This document shows, piece after piece, positions 1 through 12,940 of a stretch of 64,000 nt of DNA. The notes under the pieces were generated by a model. The model saw only the letters and a list, made by a program, of their open reading frames with translations, was not told where the DNA came from and made no database searches. The DNA comes from Eledone cirrhosa (lineage: Eukaryota): contig OZ024740.1 of assembly GCA_964016885.1 (NCBI GenBank), positions 303,242,001 to 303,306,000 of the forward strand, given 5' to 3'. The translations under genes and the position numbers were made by a program. How positions within the stretch are numbered: position 1 is the stretch's first letter; each line of letters starts with the position of its first letter.

Positions 1-213
1 CTCCCCATAAAGAAACATTGTATATGTATTCTAAGTTCAAAAGGTTCAGCTATAAAATAAAAAAAGAAATATATTGAATTAATTTAAAACAATACAAACG
101 TCATATTGATACTGTTCACATTCATGTAGCTGATATTCAACTCCGCCTTTGTTAAAAGCATTTTGCTGTATCAAAATATTTGTTTTACATACAGTAGTCG
201 TAATTTTTCTTAC

Positions 214-312
214 ATGCAGGAATGAGAGAATCTCTACATAGTCGTTTGAGTTCATAGAAATAGCTGGAAAACCGCCCTCAAACCACACGCTAGCATCTAT
301 AGCGTACTCTAT
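214..312 (-). CDS. Probable further exon of the CD36/SCARB-family gene
   Basis: Acceptor ttttgtgtagttctag|, 99 nt open in phase 0 (IEYAIDASVWFEGGFPAISMNSNDYVEILSFLH), donor CAT|gtaaga (alternative donor ACT|gtatgt ~21 nt further). No diagnostic motif. Confidence 0.45.
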
Positions 313-519
313 CTAGAACTACACAAAAGACGAAATGGGCATTGATAGAAAAGTTTGCTAAATCAGTACTAATCTAGGTCTAAACAACAAATCCCCCGAT
401 TCATGGTGGGATAAAACAAATGAAATCACGTGACATTTCCCAGGAACAATAATTAAGTGGTAGCCTGAATCGGGGATTGAATCTGAGCTACAAACTCCGC
501 TCAGTGGCTTATTGTTATT

Positions 520-678
520 ATAATTGTTTCTACTTTTGGCACAAGGCCAGCAATTATCCTAGTACATTACTGGTACTTTATTTTTATTGACCCCGTAAGG
601 ATGAAAGGCAAAGTTAACCTCGGTGGGATTTGAACTCAGACCATAAAGGGCCGTAACTCTTTGCTGCCGATACTGCCG
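520..678 (-). mobile_element. tRNA-derived SINE family A (young subfamily)
   Basis: Shared body GAGTTCAAATCCCGCCGAGGTTAACTTTGCCTTTCATCCTTACGGGGTCGATAAAATAAAGTACCAG...GTAGAAACAATTA; B-box GAGTTCAAATC. An older copy follows on + at ~683-897. Confidence 0.85.
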
Positions 679-1107
679 ATAATGGCGGGAGATTGTCAGT
701 ATCAGTAGAGCGTCGAATAACATGCTTTGTGGTATTGAGTTACGGCTCCTTACGTTCTGAGTTCAAATCACGCCGAGGTTAACTTTCCCTTTCATCCTTA
801 CAAGATTGATAACATAAAAAACCAGTAACCTACTGGGGTCAATTTAATCAATTTCGACTGCCCCCAAAATTGTTGGCTTTGTGCCTCAGGTAGAAAATTT
901 CCTATTTTAGAATAAAGGCGAACAAAAATTCGTAATGATCATGGCATTGGTGGTGTAAGAGGAAGAAACGACATAGAAATCTGGTTTCAGTCTCTAACCA
1001 CTGCAGCCTTTTTATACTACACAATTTACTTATCTCTATGAGAATTAACGTTAAGTCTTCCGCTTTCGAAGCACCTATGAAATAATTATAATTAACCTCA
1101 TTCCTTT

Positions 1108-1423
<316 letters not shown>

Positions 1424-1590
1424 TATATGTTGTTATATTTGGAGATGGTCATGTTGCCAAATTGCCAATAGAAAGAAACTCATGCACACACACACACCAT
1501 ATAATGTTCACTTCATATATATATATATATTTCACCAACATTTAATTAACGAATAATTTTATAATAGATTACCACCCTATATATATACAT

Positions 1591-1680
<90 letters not shown>

Positions 1681-2220
1681 AATATAAATTAGCGAGAATC
1701 GTATTTCGGCTTTGGAATTAGCGAAAAACAACTTCCGAGATGTGTGGCAAGCGCCCAATAATTCTGACGAACCAGAGCTACAACATACGTTAAAGGCCAA
1801 ACAGACTGAGACGATGGTTAAACCGTCATCCGCACAGCCATAGAAACGACCAAGTAATTCGGGTCAAACAAATAAAAAATATGTGATTGAAAAAATTTAC
1901 CCGGACCCCTGGATGGTTGGTAAAATCCAGCATTTGGGTTTCTGCGACTCCTAAATCAAGTACTGTCCGCTTAGACAAATAATGTTAGGCTTCTGGTAAG
2001 ATGATTGAACAAGGAAGTCACTTTCTCAACAGGTTTTAGTTCAAGTGCCAGGCAAGGAATGACCGTTACCGATACCCACGTGGGGCTCGACAAGGGAGGC
2101 AACCATATATATATATATAACATAATATAATATATATATAACATGATATAATATATATATATATAACATAATATAATATATATATATATATATAACATAA
2201 TATAATATATATATATATAT

Positions 2221-2405
2221 AACTGTTTCTACGTTTGGCACAAGGCAATTATCCAGTGCATTACTGGTACTTTATTTTATCGACCCCGTAAGGATGAAAG
2301 GCAAAGTTAACCTCGGCGGCATTTGAACTGAGAATGGCAAAGGCCGTAACTCTATGCGTCAAAGCATGGCGTCCGACCCTCTACCGATACTGCCAATCCA
2401 CCACC
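2221..2405 (-). mobile_element. SINE family A
   Basis: Near full-length match to 39366-39552. Partial copies also at ~4085-4158(+), 4497-4591(-), 5843-5953(+). Confidence 0.85.
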
Positions 2406-2420
2406 TTATATATATATAAC

Positions 2421-2569
<149 letters not shown>

Positions 2570-3194
2570 TAATATAATATAATACATATATATATATTAT
2601 ATTATGTTATATATTGATTGGTTAATTATTTAACTTTGTTTAATAACGGTCTGGTTGAGTGCTTAATTCAGTTTGTGTATGGAATTTTTTCCATTGCCCA
2701 TAATTTTTGAATTGACCGCCAGAAACAGGAGTTATCTCCCTTTGGAGTAACATGTGCTTCACACCGGGTTTTGGGTTAGAACGAAAGCCTGTTGAGAAAG
2801 TAAATTCCTCTGTTCGATCTTCCAGAAACCTAACTTGTATACACCACAAGCGGATTTTGTTGATTTCGGATTTACAGAAACCTCACTTGGATATTCAGTA
2901 ATTACGGTCCAGGTATGTTATATATACAGATATGTGCATATATATATGTATGTATATTTTTATATGTATATATATATATGTGTGTGTGTGTGTGTATTTC
3001 CTTTTCTCACTAGTCAGTTCTTTCGTTGCTACAGATCACGCGGCTAAATTAGCGGTCGCTATTTTCAATTTGCAAAGCCCTTTAAACTGTATGTTATTAC
3101 TCTGAGGTTTATTCCTTGTCTAATGTTTGGCCCCACTGCTGAAGGCATTCGTTGGCTTGGCTGCTGATCGAACTTCGAATATGCTGTACTATTG

Positions 3195-3439
3195 TATATA
3201 TATATATATATATATATAACATAATATAATATATATATATATATATATAACATAATATAATATATATATATATAACATAATATAATATATATATATATAT
3301 ATATAACATAATATAATATATATATATATAACATAATATAATATATATATATATATATAACATAATATAATATGTATATATATAACATAATATAATATAT
3401 ATATATATAACATAATATAATATATATATATATATTATG

Positions 3440-3495
<56 letters not shown>

Positions 3496-3585
3496 CATAA
3501 TATAATATATATATATATATAACATAATATAATATATATATATATAACATAATATAATATATATATATATATATATATATAACAT

Positions 3586-3636
<51 letters not shown>
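3195..3636. repeat. Compound minisatellite ACATAATATAA(TA)n
   Basis: Unit repeated more than ten times; same unit at ~2105-2220. Confidence 0.9.
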
Positions 3637-3637
<1 letters not shown>

Positions 3638-3717
3638 TTACCGACATTTAATTAACGAATAACTTTACAATACATTGAACAATATAATGACCAGATTAAT
3701 CAAAACAAAAAACATAC

Positions 3718-3876
3718 CTTGTCATTTTCATGGCAATTTTTACCACATTCTATTCGAGTTTGGTGTTCATCAAACGTCTGTTGCCGTAATATTTCGTAAG
3801 ATAACTTTGATCCTAATAAACCTATTTGAATATGTTTTCTAGATTCTTTATAGACATAAGGGCCAACTTCGCGTAT
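3718..3876 (-). CDS. CD36/SCARB-family gene, coding exon 3
   Basis: Acceptor tttcag|, 159 nt phase 0-0, IREVGPYVYKESRKHIQIGLLGSKLSYEILRQQTFDEHQTRIECGKNCHENDK, donor AAG|gtatgt. EVGPYVY is the CD36-family signature. Confidence 0.85.
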
Positions 3877-4589
3877 CTGAAATACCAAAGTGTCACATTT
3901 TATGAATATTATAAAATAAATTAGAAATTTGTTGCTATTAATCTGAAATTTAATTTAATTGTTCCAGCATGAATCATGAGGAAGATTAAGGTATTGATTC
4001 CCCCTTATTGTGATAAGATAGAAACAATCCAAAGTTGTCTGCGAAGTTTGTTAAATTAATTGAAATAACATTGAATATTGTCTGATATTATTACGACCCT
4101 TTACGCACCAGTAATGCACTGGGATAATTTCTGGCCTTGTGCCAAACGTAGAAACAAACATTTTTTTTCCTCTGTGTTAAATACGTTAACACTAAATTAA
4201 CCATTGTTCTCATGCAGATTGTATTTCTAAGTTATTCATACTCTAAACAGTCGTAGTGTTCTATTCGATCCAATATGCAATCTTCTGTATTTACTTAGTG
4301 GATGTTCAATCATCACTTTCGCAAACACAGTGAAGTCGATGTTTCACTGATAAGTTCATAATAAGATTGAAACATATAAGAAGTTGTCTCCCATATTTGC
4401 TAAAATAATTAAAATATTAGACATTGATTAATATCATTTTCGTCACTATATAATTATTTCTAGATAACTTTTAATTGTTCTCTTCATTAAATATTATAAT
4501 TGTTTCTACTTTTGGCACAAAGCCAGCAATTATCCCAGTGTATTACTGGTACTTTATTTTATCGACCCCGTAAGGATGAAAGGCAAAGT

Positions 4590-4800
4590 TATAATATCAG
4601 CTGGAAATATTTTACGAGCAAAACCAACCGACAGGAGATCCAAGGGGAGACCCCGAGCAAGATGATTTGATAACATCCATGAGCTCGGCTGGTCTCGCTT
4701 GGAGATCTAGCTGGATCAGTTCGAAACGGTTTCTTCTGTCAGGTTAGCTGGAAGGGGTGTTTGGGGACTCTGTCCCATGACCCTCTTAAGAAGAAGAAAA
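4590..4800 (+). mobile_element. RTE-like LINE C-terminal remnant
   Basis: ILRAKPTDRRSKGRPRAR*FDNI..LGWSRL, AAG-repeat tail. Confidence 0.5.
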
Positions 4801-4819
4801 AGATTCTCTTTATTTAATA

Positions 4820-5034
4820 CGAGGTGGTGATAAATGTTCCTGGCTTTTTCGCTGCTACAGAGGCCTGGTTATAGTTCCAACCTTCCAAGTTCTTTTTACA
4901 GGATTTAAAAAACTGTAGGACGGCGGCATTAAGTGTGTGAATCTGGGAGGTAAATATATTGAATAATATCATAATTAAGTGATCCTCCTGTATTTTCTTT
5001 TACCCAATGCCGGGAACTTTTCAGCACCCCCACG
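4820..5034. mobile_element. Mariner-like MITE
   Basis: TA|CGAGGTGGTGATAAATGTTCCTGGC ... GCCGGGAACTTTTCAGCACCCCCACG|TA. Confidence 0.6.
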
Positions 5035-5036
5035 TA

Positions 5037-5235
5037 TCATCATCATCATCATCATCATCATCGCCGTTTAGCGTACATTTTTTCCATGCTTGCATGGGTT
5101 AGACGAGTCATCCAGGCTGAGTGTTAGGTCTGGCCAGAGTTGGCCACGCCGTACCTTGCTCCGACGAGGACTATAAATCTGGTCGGAGATTTTGCAGCTG
5201 GATGCCCTTCCTAACACCAACCACATTTACAGTGT
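5037..5235 (-). mobile_element. SINE/LINE fragment with RTE-type 3' end and (GAT)n tail
   Basis: (CAT)n then TTTTCCATGCTTGCATGGGTT, reverse-complement-similar to 63690-63740; GGATGCCCTTCCTAAC motif. Confidence 0.55.
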
Positions 5236-5765
5236 GGAAATGGATGCAACGTTATGAGGAGGGATCGGCCAGTTGGCCGCGCCGAACCCATATCACAGCG
5301 GAACCATAGTTTTAGAGCCCGGTACTAAATGACATCGATACGAGGAAGAACAGTCCTGTTGGCCGCGCTCCGAACCCATCTCACAACGTAACCATAGTTT
5401 TGGGGCCCGGTACTGAATGGCACTGCTATGAGGAAGGACAGGTACGGAACCACAGTTTGGGAGCCTGGCCCTGGATGGCACCACTATGCGGAGGGACAGG
5501 CCAGTTGGTGTATATGACAAAAAAGGCAAAGTCTACGTATCCATGATGTAGGAATATATTAGTACACACATTGATTATTAGTAAGAGGCTTAAAGCTATA
5601 TCAATACTTGCTACTAGATAAATTTGTATAGTATACTCTAAAAGGATTAGTCGATTTAATTGAAGCAGTTCACTTCTCTCGCTTGAATGAATGTCTTCTT
5701 CATATTTTTGTTTGCTATATAAAAAAAAACTTGGAAGCAAATTAATAGACAGGCTAATATAAATA

Positions 5766-6103
5766 CAGTCTGTTCGCTTTTTACGTGAACTTGAAGTACA
5801 CGAATTCGTTTTAACGCCTCTTGAAAAAATATTATTAAATATTAATCCCGCCGAGGTTGACTTTGCCTTTCATCCTTACGAGGTCGATAAAATAAAGTAC
5901 CAGTAATGCACTGGGATAATTGATGGCCTTGTGCCAAAAGTAGAAACAATTATTAAATATTCACTTTGCACGAATAACGTGCTATAACACGTGTGGTTTT
6001 TAATTTTTTTTTATTTATAAGTAATATAAGACTTGAATTACGCGAATTTGCTTCACATGCCGCATTCACAAACGCATCTTCGCATAAAAAGCGAACACAC
6101 AGT
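5766..6103. mobile_element. pogo/Tigger-like MITE interrupted by a SINE A fragment
   Basis: TACAGTCTGTTCGCTTTTTACG ... CGCATAAAAAGCGAACAC; a similar Tigger-like element lies at ~20783-21090. Confidence 0.5.
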
Positions 6104-6182
6104 TATCGGTGACAAGATTGCGTTAATAATTTATAATAGCCTAAAAAGATCTATAATTTTAGAAATGGTTGAAACAACATAC

Positions 6183-6275
6183 CTTAGGTTTCTGTTTTCT
6201 GTACAAATAATCGTTGACATTGTCTATGACAAAATAATAAATTCTGTTGTAATGTGTGTAAAAGTCATCATTTTT
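6183..6275 (-). CDS. CD36/SCARB-family gene, coding exon 2
   Basis: Acceptor ttttcttcttttag|, 93 nt phase 0-0, KNDDFYTHYNRIYYFVIDNVNDYLYRKQKPK, donor AAG|gtatgt. Corresponds to the CD36 (F/Y)YFF-N-x-x-N...KP segment. Confidence 0.75.
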
Positions 6276-8339
6276 CTAAAAGAAGAAAATAAAAGGTAAG
6301 TTTTAGACAAATATTTCAGTATTAATAAAGTCAGTGACATTAGATATTTTATCATGAAATCAAAAAATACTATAGACGTTATCAGACTTGTATACAAATA
6401 TCAAATATTAGATGAAAGCTGCTATAAAATGTAAGCAATCATGGCAGTCCTGTGGGTGAAACAAAACTTGGGAATTATAATGTAAACAGAATCTGACTTT
6501 AGTAGAACAGACACTAAAACACCAAATGTTTAAACTCAGTGTTCCAAACTCTCGAGTTCCAAATAGCAGGGTGGAATAAGCGGTGGGGTTGGAAAATCGA
6601 TCATTTTTTTAGGCTGTCTCCCTTTTTTTTTTTTTTTAAACCAGAATTAGTTGTTTAGTTTTGAGACCCCAACCCATCCTATTTATTTTATAACGTATGG
6701 GTTTTCTTCTAATTTTTTTTTTTTTTTTGTCATGTATGTTTTTTTAGTATCTAAAGAAAATTAATTATCGCGGGAATGCTACCACTTAAAATAAAATTTT
6801 GCCGGAGATAGATTAGCAAAATTTGATAAGTGGGGTGGGGTGGTTGGAATAAGAGAGTGAGGTGGGGAACAAATCTGAAAAATTAATAAACGGAGTGAGT
6901 ATACGAACAGAATGAACTTCTCACACATAAGGGAAAATGTTATGTTAATTACAACAAACTGCGCATCTTATAAACTTCTAAATTCCAACATGGTATGTTT
7001 TATACCTTGTTGGAATTTAGAATGGTTTAAAACCAATTCAAGTTTATATGATGAAAGTGGGAGTTTGGTTCCTCTGTGTTCGGACCTGTGTGACAAATGT
7101 TTGAAGTTGTTGTCATTGTTGTTTGTCTTTCTTTTGGTTACAAAATTATGTATACTGTATCGACACTTGGTATTTCTCAAACTTTATTGTTTATTTGTTT
7201 GTCGATATTAATATTTCAAGCAATTTAGCTAAAGATAAAAAGTTAGGATGGCCTAAAGAGATGAAGTATTAACTGCCTTTTCACGAGTCATGAGTTCAAA
7301 TCTATTGTATGTGTTTCATTACTAATGTAGAATAAATTACTGCCAGAAATAGGTAACATACGAAGTGGAAATATTACTTTTAATAGAGCAGCATCTCATA
7401 TAGGGAGTGTTTTATTTCCTATTCGCTTCATACCATAAAATATTAGTTAAGCACCAAACTTTGAAAATCCCTTGGATCATAGAAACCTTTTACATTTGAC
7501 TAAAACATGAGAGAAGAGTGTGTGTTGTTTTTATAAGGCTATTCGAGGTCAAATAGAAATATATCAGCAATTACTTCAATAGATAGAACATGATGTCATA
7601 TAAATTACGAATTATAGGCCAATTTCATAGATACGGTATTTGACCTTCTATTGAACGAAACACTTTCAAGTATTGACTTTAATACACCATAGTAAGTCAA
7701 GATCCTCTTTGTTAGTTTACATGTGGTAAGTCTACAAACATTTTAATACCAGTCCCTCAGAATACTGAACACCACACAACGAAGATTAATATTCTATGTA
7801 CTTGTTTACATCTTATGAAAAGTTCATCAATTTAAGATATTTCAAATCATTGATTTGTAACGGTCTGTTAAATGTCAAACACTGCAATAAATTATGTATA
7901 TAGGATTTCTAATACAGACTTAGGGACAAGCATTTTCAGAGAAGATATAGTCGATTTTATCATTCGGAGTACTTGATTGGTATTTTATTGACCCTGTCGT
8001 CTCTGGTGGGATTTCATATCAGAATTCAAAGAGCTCTAACTAAATATCACAAGGTGTTTTGTCCAATATATTTATCGTTTCTGCTATCCACTATCTTGTG
8101 AGGAATGGCAACACTCAGCTGGCGAAATATCATGCTGTGTAAGAAAAGAACAAATTCATTAACTTTACTCATACCAAGAGCAAAATTAACCAACCAAATA
8201 GGTATTAATGTTATCAAGTCACCAGTAAGTAAATGTTATACTTATTTTATGTTATTTCATGCCAGCCTTGTTTTAATTATGCGGAAAATATTCATAACAA
8301 ATTTATAATAACAGATAGTGTACGATCATAACAAACAAA

Positions 8340-8880
8340 TTCCCTTATGTAGGCGGTGATCTGTATCGTGATGATTGTCTTTTGACTATGGCCAGCCATG
8401 GACTCCTATCTATAGATAGGACCCAGAGGAAGATTATTACTTTTTTTAAAAACTTCAATCTAAAATAAAAGTAGATGAAAACCATCAATGATGAATTTCC
8501 TAATCCTAATCCTTAATCTGTCCAATGGTTTGTTTTATCCGTATAGAAAGCCCAACGAGACTTTAAATTACGTCAGTAAATCTTCCACTAATCCCACTAT
8601 TGCAACTACAAATCTAATTAGAAATGCCTCTCAAGATTATCATGTGTATCATTTAATGAGCAAACTTTTCAGGATCATTCCACAAAGCTCTGGCTCGGGT
8701 TGAGTTTATTAAGTATGACAGTAGAACTAAAAAATATACACAAAGACGCATTATTTGGTATAAGCCATAATATAATAAGGAAGTGGCCACAACAATAGCA
8801 AACATTTTTCTTGTTCAAATTGGGAAACATTACCCTTCGGAACATAAATCCCATAAGATATTTAAGAGAAACAATCTGAC
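8340..8880 (+). mobile_element. Highly degraded Naiad-type PLE RT fragment
   Basis: Translatable pieces GGDLYRDDCLLT, NFLILILNLSNGLFYPYRKPNETLNYVSK, RRIIWYKP, KHYPSEHKSHKIFKRN parallel the 17-18 kb element. Confidence 0.7.
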
Positions 8881-9289
8881 CACCAGATAGCTATCAGTTG
8901 TCTGTCAATTATTTGGCGAACAACTAAGGTTTGTATGGCGGTTTATCCAAACCCGGCATTTTCTCCTCACACAGCTACTCAATGCCTCAGATACCTATTA
9001 TGAACTGTTCACGGTATTTCCGACTTTCTTGTGATAGGCAGTCGAGTTAAGCATTGACTTATACAGTCTTCACTCCTATACTCCTTCAAACAGTCGAACA
9101 AATTGTCGGTGAAAAACTGCCTGGAATAAAATATCTGAAAGAGAATAGCGCTCATTGTTGTTAGTCAAAAACAAGATTGGAATTTATTACTACGCTGTTC
9201 CCTGAGCCCATCGAAAGGTTTTCGCTCCCACATATCTAAGAACACGTGCCTTGGGTTGAAAAACACATCCTTTGTGTTTCGACTCGAAG

Positions 9290-9680
9290 AAATGGCCGAA
9301 CGCCGTGTTTGTCATTATTATGTCAGTCGTGATGCCTTTCCTTAATTACCACGTGGCAACCTGGTGCATTCAGCTACCAGCCAAGGCTCTGCTGCCCGCC
9401 AGGCTGAAGAGGACAAACTGTCCAAGTATTGGTCACTCTCTAATAGGTTTGTAGTAGGGCCTGTAGCAGTGGAGACTTCAGGCGTTCTTACTCCCCGAAC
9501 CACATCCATGTTCACTGCTATCGGAGAAGAGTTGGCTACCCACAGATGCGAACTCCGCGAGGTGGAGTGGATGTTTCAGCGTGTTTCTCTCACCGTCCTC
9601 TGGGACAATGTATTCTCTATCCTGTCGGCCAAGACCCAGAGGCGGAGGGTAAGTTATTTGGAGGTGGAGGATACTCGGTA
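9290..9680 (+). mobile_element. CRE-like non-LTR retrotransposon 3' fragment (REL endonuclease)
   Basis: GSAARQAEEDKLSKY..L...F...PVAVETSG....QRVS....DNVFSILS, typical CRE-clade C-terminus. Confidence 0.65.
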
Positions 9681-9917
9681 GGCTAACTAGCTATCCCTCC
9701 AACCCATGCTTTTCTGTTGCTATTTTTTGGTTTAATTATATTCTATTCTAATAGTTCTCTTTATACAGTATTTGCTTATTGACCCGTCAATTCTAGCTTA
9801 ACTAGCACTTCACTTTTCATTATTATATGTTTTGTTGGTAAGCTAACTATTAAAGTAAGCAAAATAAATAAATATTAAAGCATGCAATAAGGCATATTGG
9901 AGAAAAAAGATACTTAC

Positions 9918-10094
9918 ATTTCTATAATTCATTAACTCGTTAATCCAGTCACTGTAAGCTTTCCGCACCGGAAACGATGTGTTCAGCTTCCCATATACGA
10001 ATATCCTATTTATGTTGACAATGCAGATCACAAGCATGCGATCTATGTAGACAAACACGCGAAGCTGTTGATACCCTACATTATCCCTGCTTGC
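9918..10094 (-). CDS. Candidate cassette exon in intron 1 of the CD36-like gene
   Basis: ttgttgttag| acceptor, 177 nt stop-free phase 0-0 (ASRDNVGYQQLRVFVY...AYSDWINELMNYRN), AAT|gtaagt donor. Not required for the CD36 alignment. Confidence 0.25.
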
Positions 10095-10232
10095 CTAACA
10101 ACAATTCTATCTACATATGAATAGAATAACCTGATGGGGTTTATTCAAGCCTACATTGGTGCATTCGGAAAATGATATCTATCAAGCTGACAAGCTGAAT
10201 AGTTTTGTGAGGCTTTTAAACACATTAAAACA

Positions 10233-10328
<96 letters not shown>

Positions 10329-10759
10329 AAGATAGTCCAGTTCGTGAGACACAAGCTTTTCCGAAACAACACAGGGATTCTGCCTCCCGAATGGCTTGGA
10401 AATACAAACATTTTGTAGCCACTAAAAATGGATGCAAAGGTTACTCCCTCAGAAATCGCTGATGGTCACCACATCTATGATGTTAGGTGCTTTGCGGTTT
10501 AAACTTTTTTCTGCTGCCCTCTTTAGTTGGAGGCAAAGTCAGATTTTTTTTTTTTTTTTAGTCTTTTTGTGGATGACGGTTTGGCCATCTGTGATTTTGA
10601 TGCAGCCACAACTATCGTCGTCCTCATCTGTTGCGGAAGGTTTTGGAACCTTTCCTACTTCTGGTGTTGTTAGTGGTGATGTGTTCGCCGGTGCCGCTGG
10701 TGTTGTTTGCCACCGTCATTGAGACGTTAGCAGTAATAAGTTTTTTTCGGCCACTATTT

Positions 10760-12038
10760 GTGGACAGAAATAAGGACACCAAAATTAAAGAAATGTTCAC
10801 CTGTAATAAACTACATCACCCAAAAGCCGATGTTTATCGCCTCTATCTCCCTAAACAAAATAGAGGTAGAGGAATGATCCAACTCGGGTTGTCATACAGG
10901 ATATGGACCATTGGACTCGATCAGTACATCAAAACCACAGATGACTGGATGATGAAAATGGTTGCCGATCACGAAAGGAAGAAATGGTTACATTCAGTCA
11001 CGAAGGAAAGTAGAAAGTTTACGGAAAATTTGGGAATACATTTTGAATATGATAGCGATTCTGCAATTAAAGCCGCAAAGAACGTCGAAATGTTGGCAAA
11101 ACATGGAGGTCAACACAGACTGTTCAATAAATTGGAACAAAAACCACTGGATCGACAGTATGTTCTCCGTAGCAAAAAAAAACAAGATATAGATCAAACT
11201 CTCACCCATCAGCGGCTGCGGAGTTCTGGGTTAAAAGCAGAGAGCGGGGGCTTCATTTTGGCTGCACAAGACCAGTGTCTTTCAACGCACAACTTTCAAG
11301 CCAATATGATCAGAAATGGAACTGACCAAATGTGTCCATTCTGTGATGAGCATGTTGAGATGATTGACCACCTGGCTTCAGGCTTCAAAGTATTAGATCC
11401 CCAGGAATATAAAAAAGGCATGATAGTGTGGGGAATTGCTTACACTGGGTAATGTGCAGATTTTATGGTCTGAAAACAGAGGGGAAAAGGTACAGCCATC
11501 ACCCAAAAACAGGAGGCGAGAACCTGACAATTCTTTAGGATTTCTCTATGAACACTAACAGAACAATTAAGGCCAACTGACCTGATATAATTGTGATGGA
11601 CGATAAAGAGAAAACGTTTCTTAATTGACATGAGCATTCCATCAGATCGTAATATCTTCTAGAAGAGTTCGAATGAAAATCTATCCATTGAAATTGAGAA
11701 AATGTGGCATCTTAAGGCATGTACAATACTACTGATAGTCGGCGCAATGATAAAAAAGGGAACTGAAAAATATTTGGACTGGATTGGAAAGACATCTCTG
11801 CAAGATATACAGAAAATAGTGCTGACTGGCACTGTTAATATTCTGAGAAGGGCATTGTTAATTTAAAAACCTTGCAAAGACATGTGCTGTTTTTGTGTCC
11901 TTGTGGCATAATTTGTATGACAATTGATAGTAAAATGTGCGTATTATCAAATTTTACTTCGGGTGTCGAGTTGACAGTCGGCATGATTTGGGAAATAAGC
12001 AGAATTCAAATGAAGTTTCAATGAACAATAATAATAAT
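10760..12038 (+). mobile_element. 5'-truncated R4/Dong-like non-LTR retrotransposon (C-terminal RT region, zinc knuckle, REL endonuclease) with (AAT)n tail
   Basis: HHPKADVYRLYLPKQNRGRGM; LKAESGGFILAAQDQCL; CPFC..HVEMIDHL; then out-of-frame PDIIV.D...LIDMSIP.D and IEIEKMW; ends in ATAATAAT. Frameshifted. Confidence 0.8.
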
Positions 12039-12223
12039 TGTTTCTACTTTAGGCACAAGGCCAGCAATTACCCAGTGCATTACTGGTACTTTATTTTATC
12101 GACCCCGTAAGGATGAAAGGCAAAGTCAACCTCGGCGGGATTTGAACTCAGATCGTAAAGGAACGTAACTATGCTGGAAATCATGGCGTCCGACCCTCTA
12201 CAGATACTGCCAATCCACCGCCC
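12039..12223 (-). mobile_element. SINE family A, full length, 22-bp TSD
   Basis: TTCAATGAACAATAATAATAAT at 12017-12038 and 12224-12245. Confidence 0.9.
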
Positions 12224-12721
12224 TTCAATGAACAATAATAATAATGGTTCTTGAATATTTAAGATAGTAACCATAAACTCTTCATCATATTTATGGATAT
12301 TTATGCAAAACAGTATTTTATATAGAAATTTTTGGATCTTCGAATATTTTGCCGTTCAGATATTGTTAAGCTCCCTATTTTCATTCACTTATGCCTCCTA
12401 TCTGGTAAATTTATAAAGTTAAATGTTTGAGGTGTGTGTGTGTACGTGTGTATGTGCTAAATAAATGCATATGTAGGTGCCTGTGTTTATATTTACTTGT
12501 GTAGTCCGATGCTGTTTTAACTACTTAGCGATTTGATAAAGATCGACAGAATAAGCATCGAATTAAAATAAATGCTAGGTTCGATATTATCGACTAAAAA
12601 TATTTAAAAGCCATGATCCAGCGTGCCGGAATCCAATGATTAAAATCAGTAAAAAAAAAAGACAAAGAAATGTAAAAAGAAACAATGTCAATATTTTAAT
12701 TATCTGGAAATCTTTACTTAC

Positions 12722-12940
12722 CCAGTGTTCATAGTTTATACTTTGGTCAGAGAAATAACACTGCCGACCTGTAATCCCAGTGTAGATGAGTTTCGGAAAT
12801 TCAAAGCCCATAATGAGAGCCACAGCTAGAAAGAGCAATCCAGTGATGAAAATGCCGATGCCTAAAATACGGCTTGACGTTCCATGCTGCCGTACACCAG
12901 TCTCTTCAATTTTTTTACCCCAATATGATCGATCAATCAT
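12722..12940 (-). CDS. CD36/SCARB (LIMP-2/SR-B)-family gene, first coding exon (cytoplasmic N-terminus + TM1)
   Basis: ATG at 12940; MIDRSYWGKK...ILGIGIFITGLLFLAVALIMGFEFPKLI (TM helix)...QCYFSDQSINYEHW ending at a phase-0 donor TGG|gtaagt. TM followed by Y-x-x-W matches the CD36 N-terminus. Confidence 0.75.

Noticed and set aside
902-1075. Extra CD36 exon ([12 protein letters not shown]...)
   Set aside because: Phase-0 reading hits a stop, no clear donor, no family motif.
3637-3680. Micro-exon suggested by a GTAAGT donor and a ~40-bp near-duplicate at 1531-1570
   Set aside because: In-frame TAA in the required phase and weak acceptor; likely local duplication.
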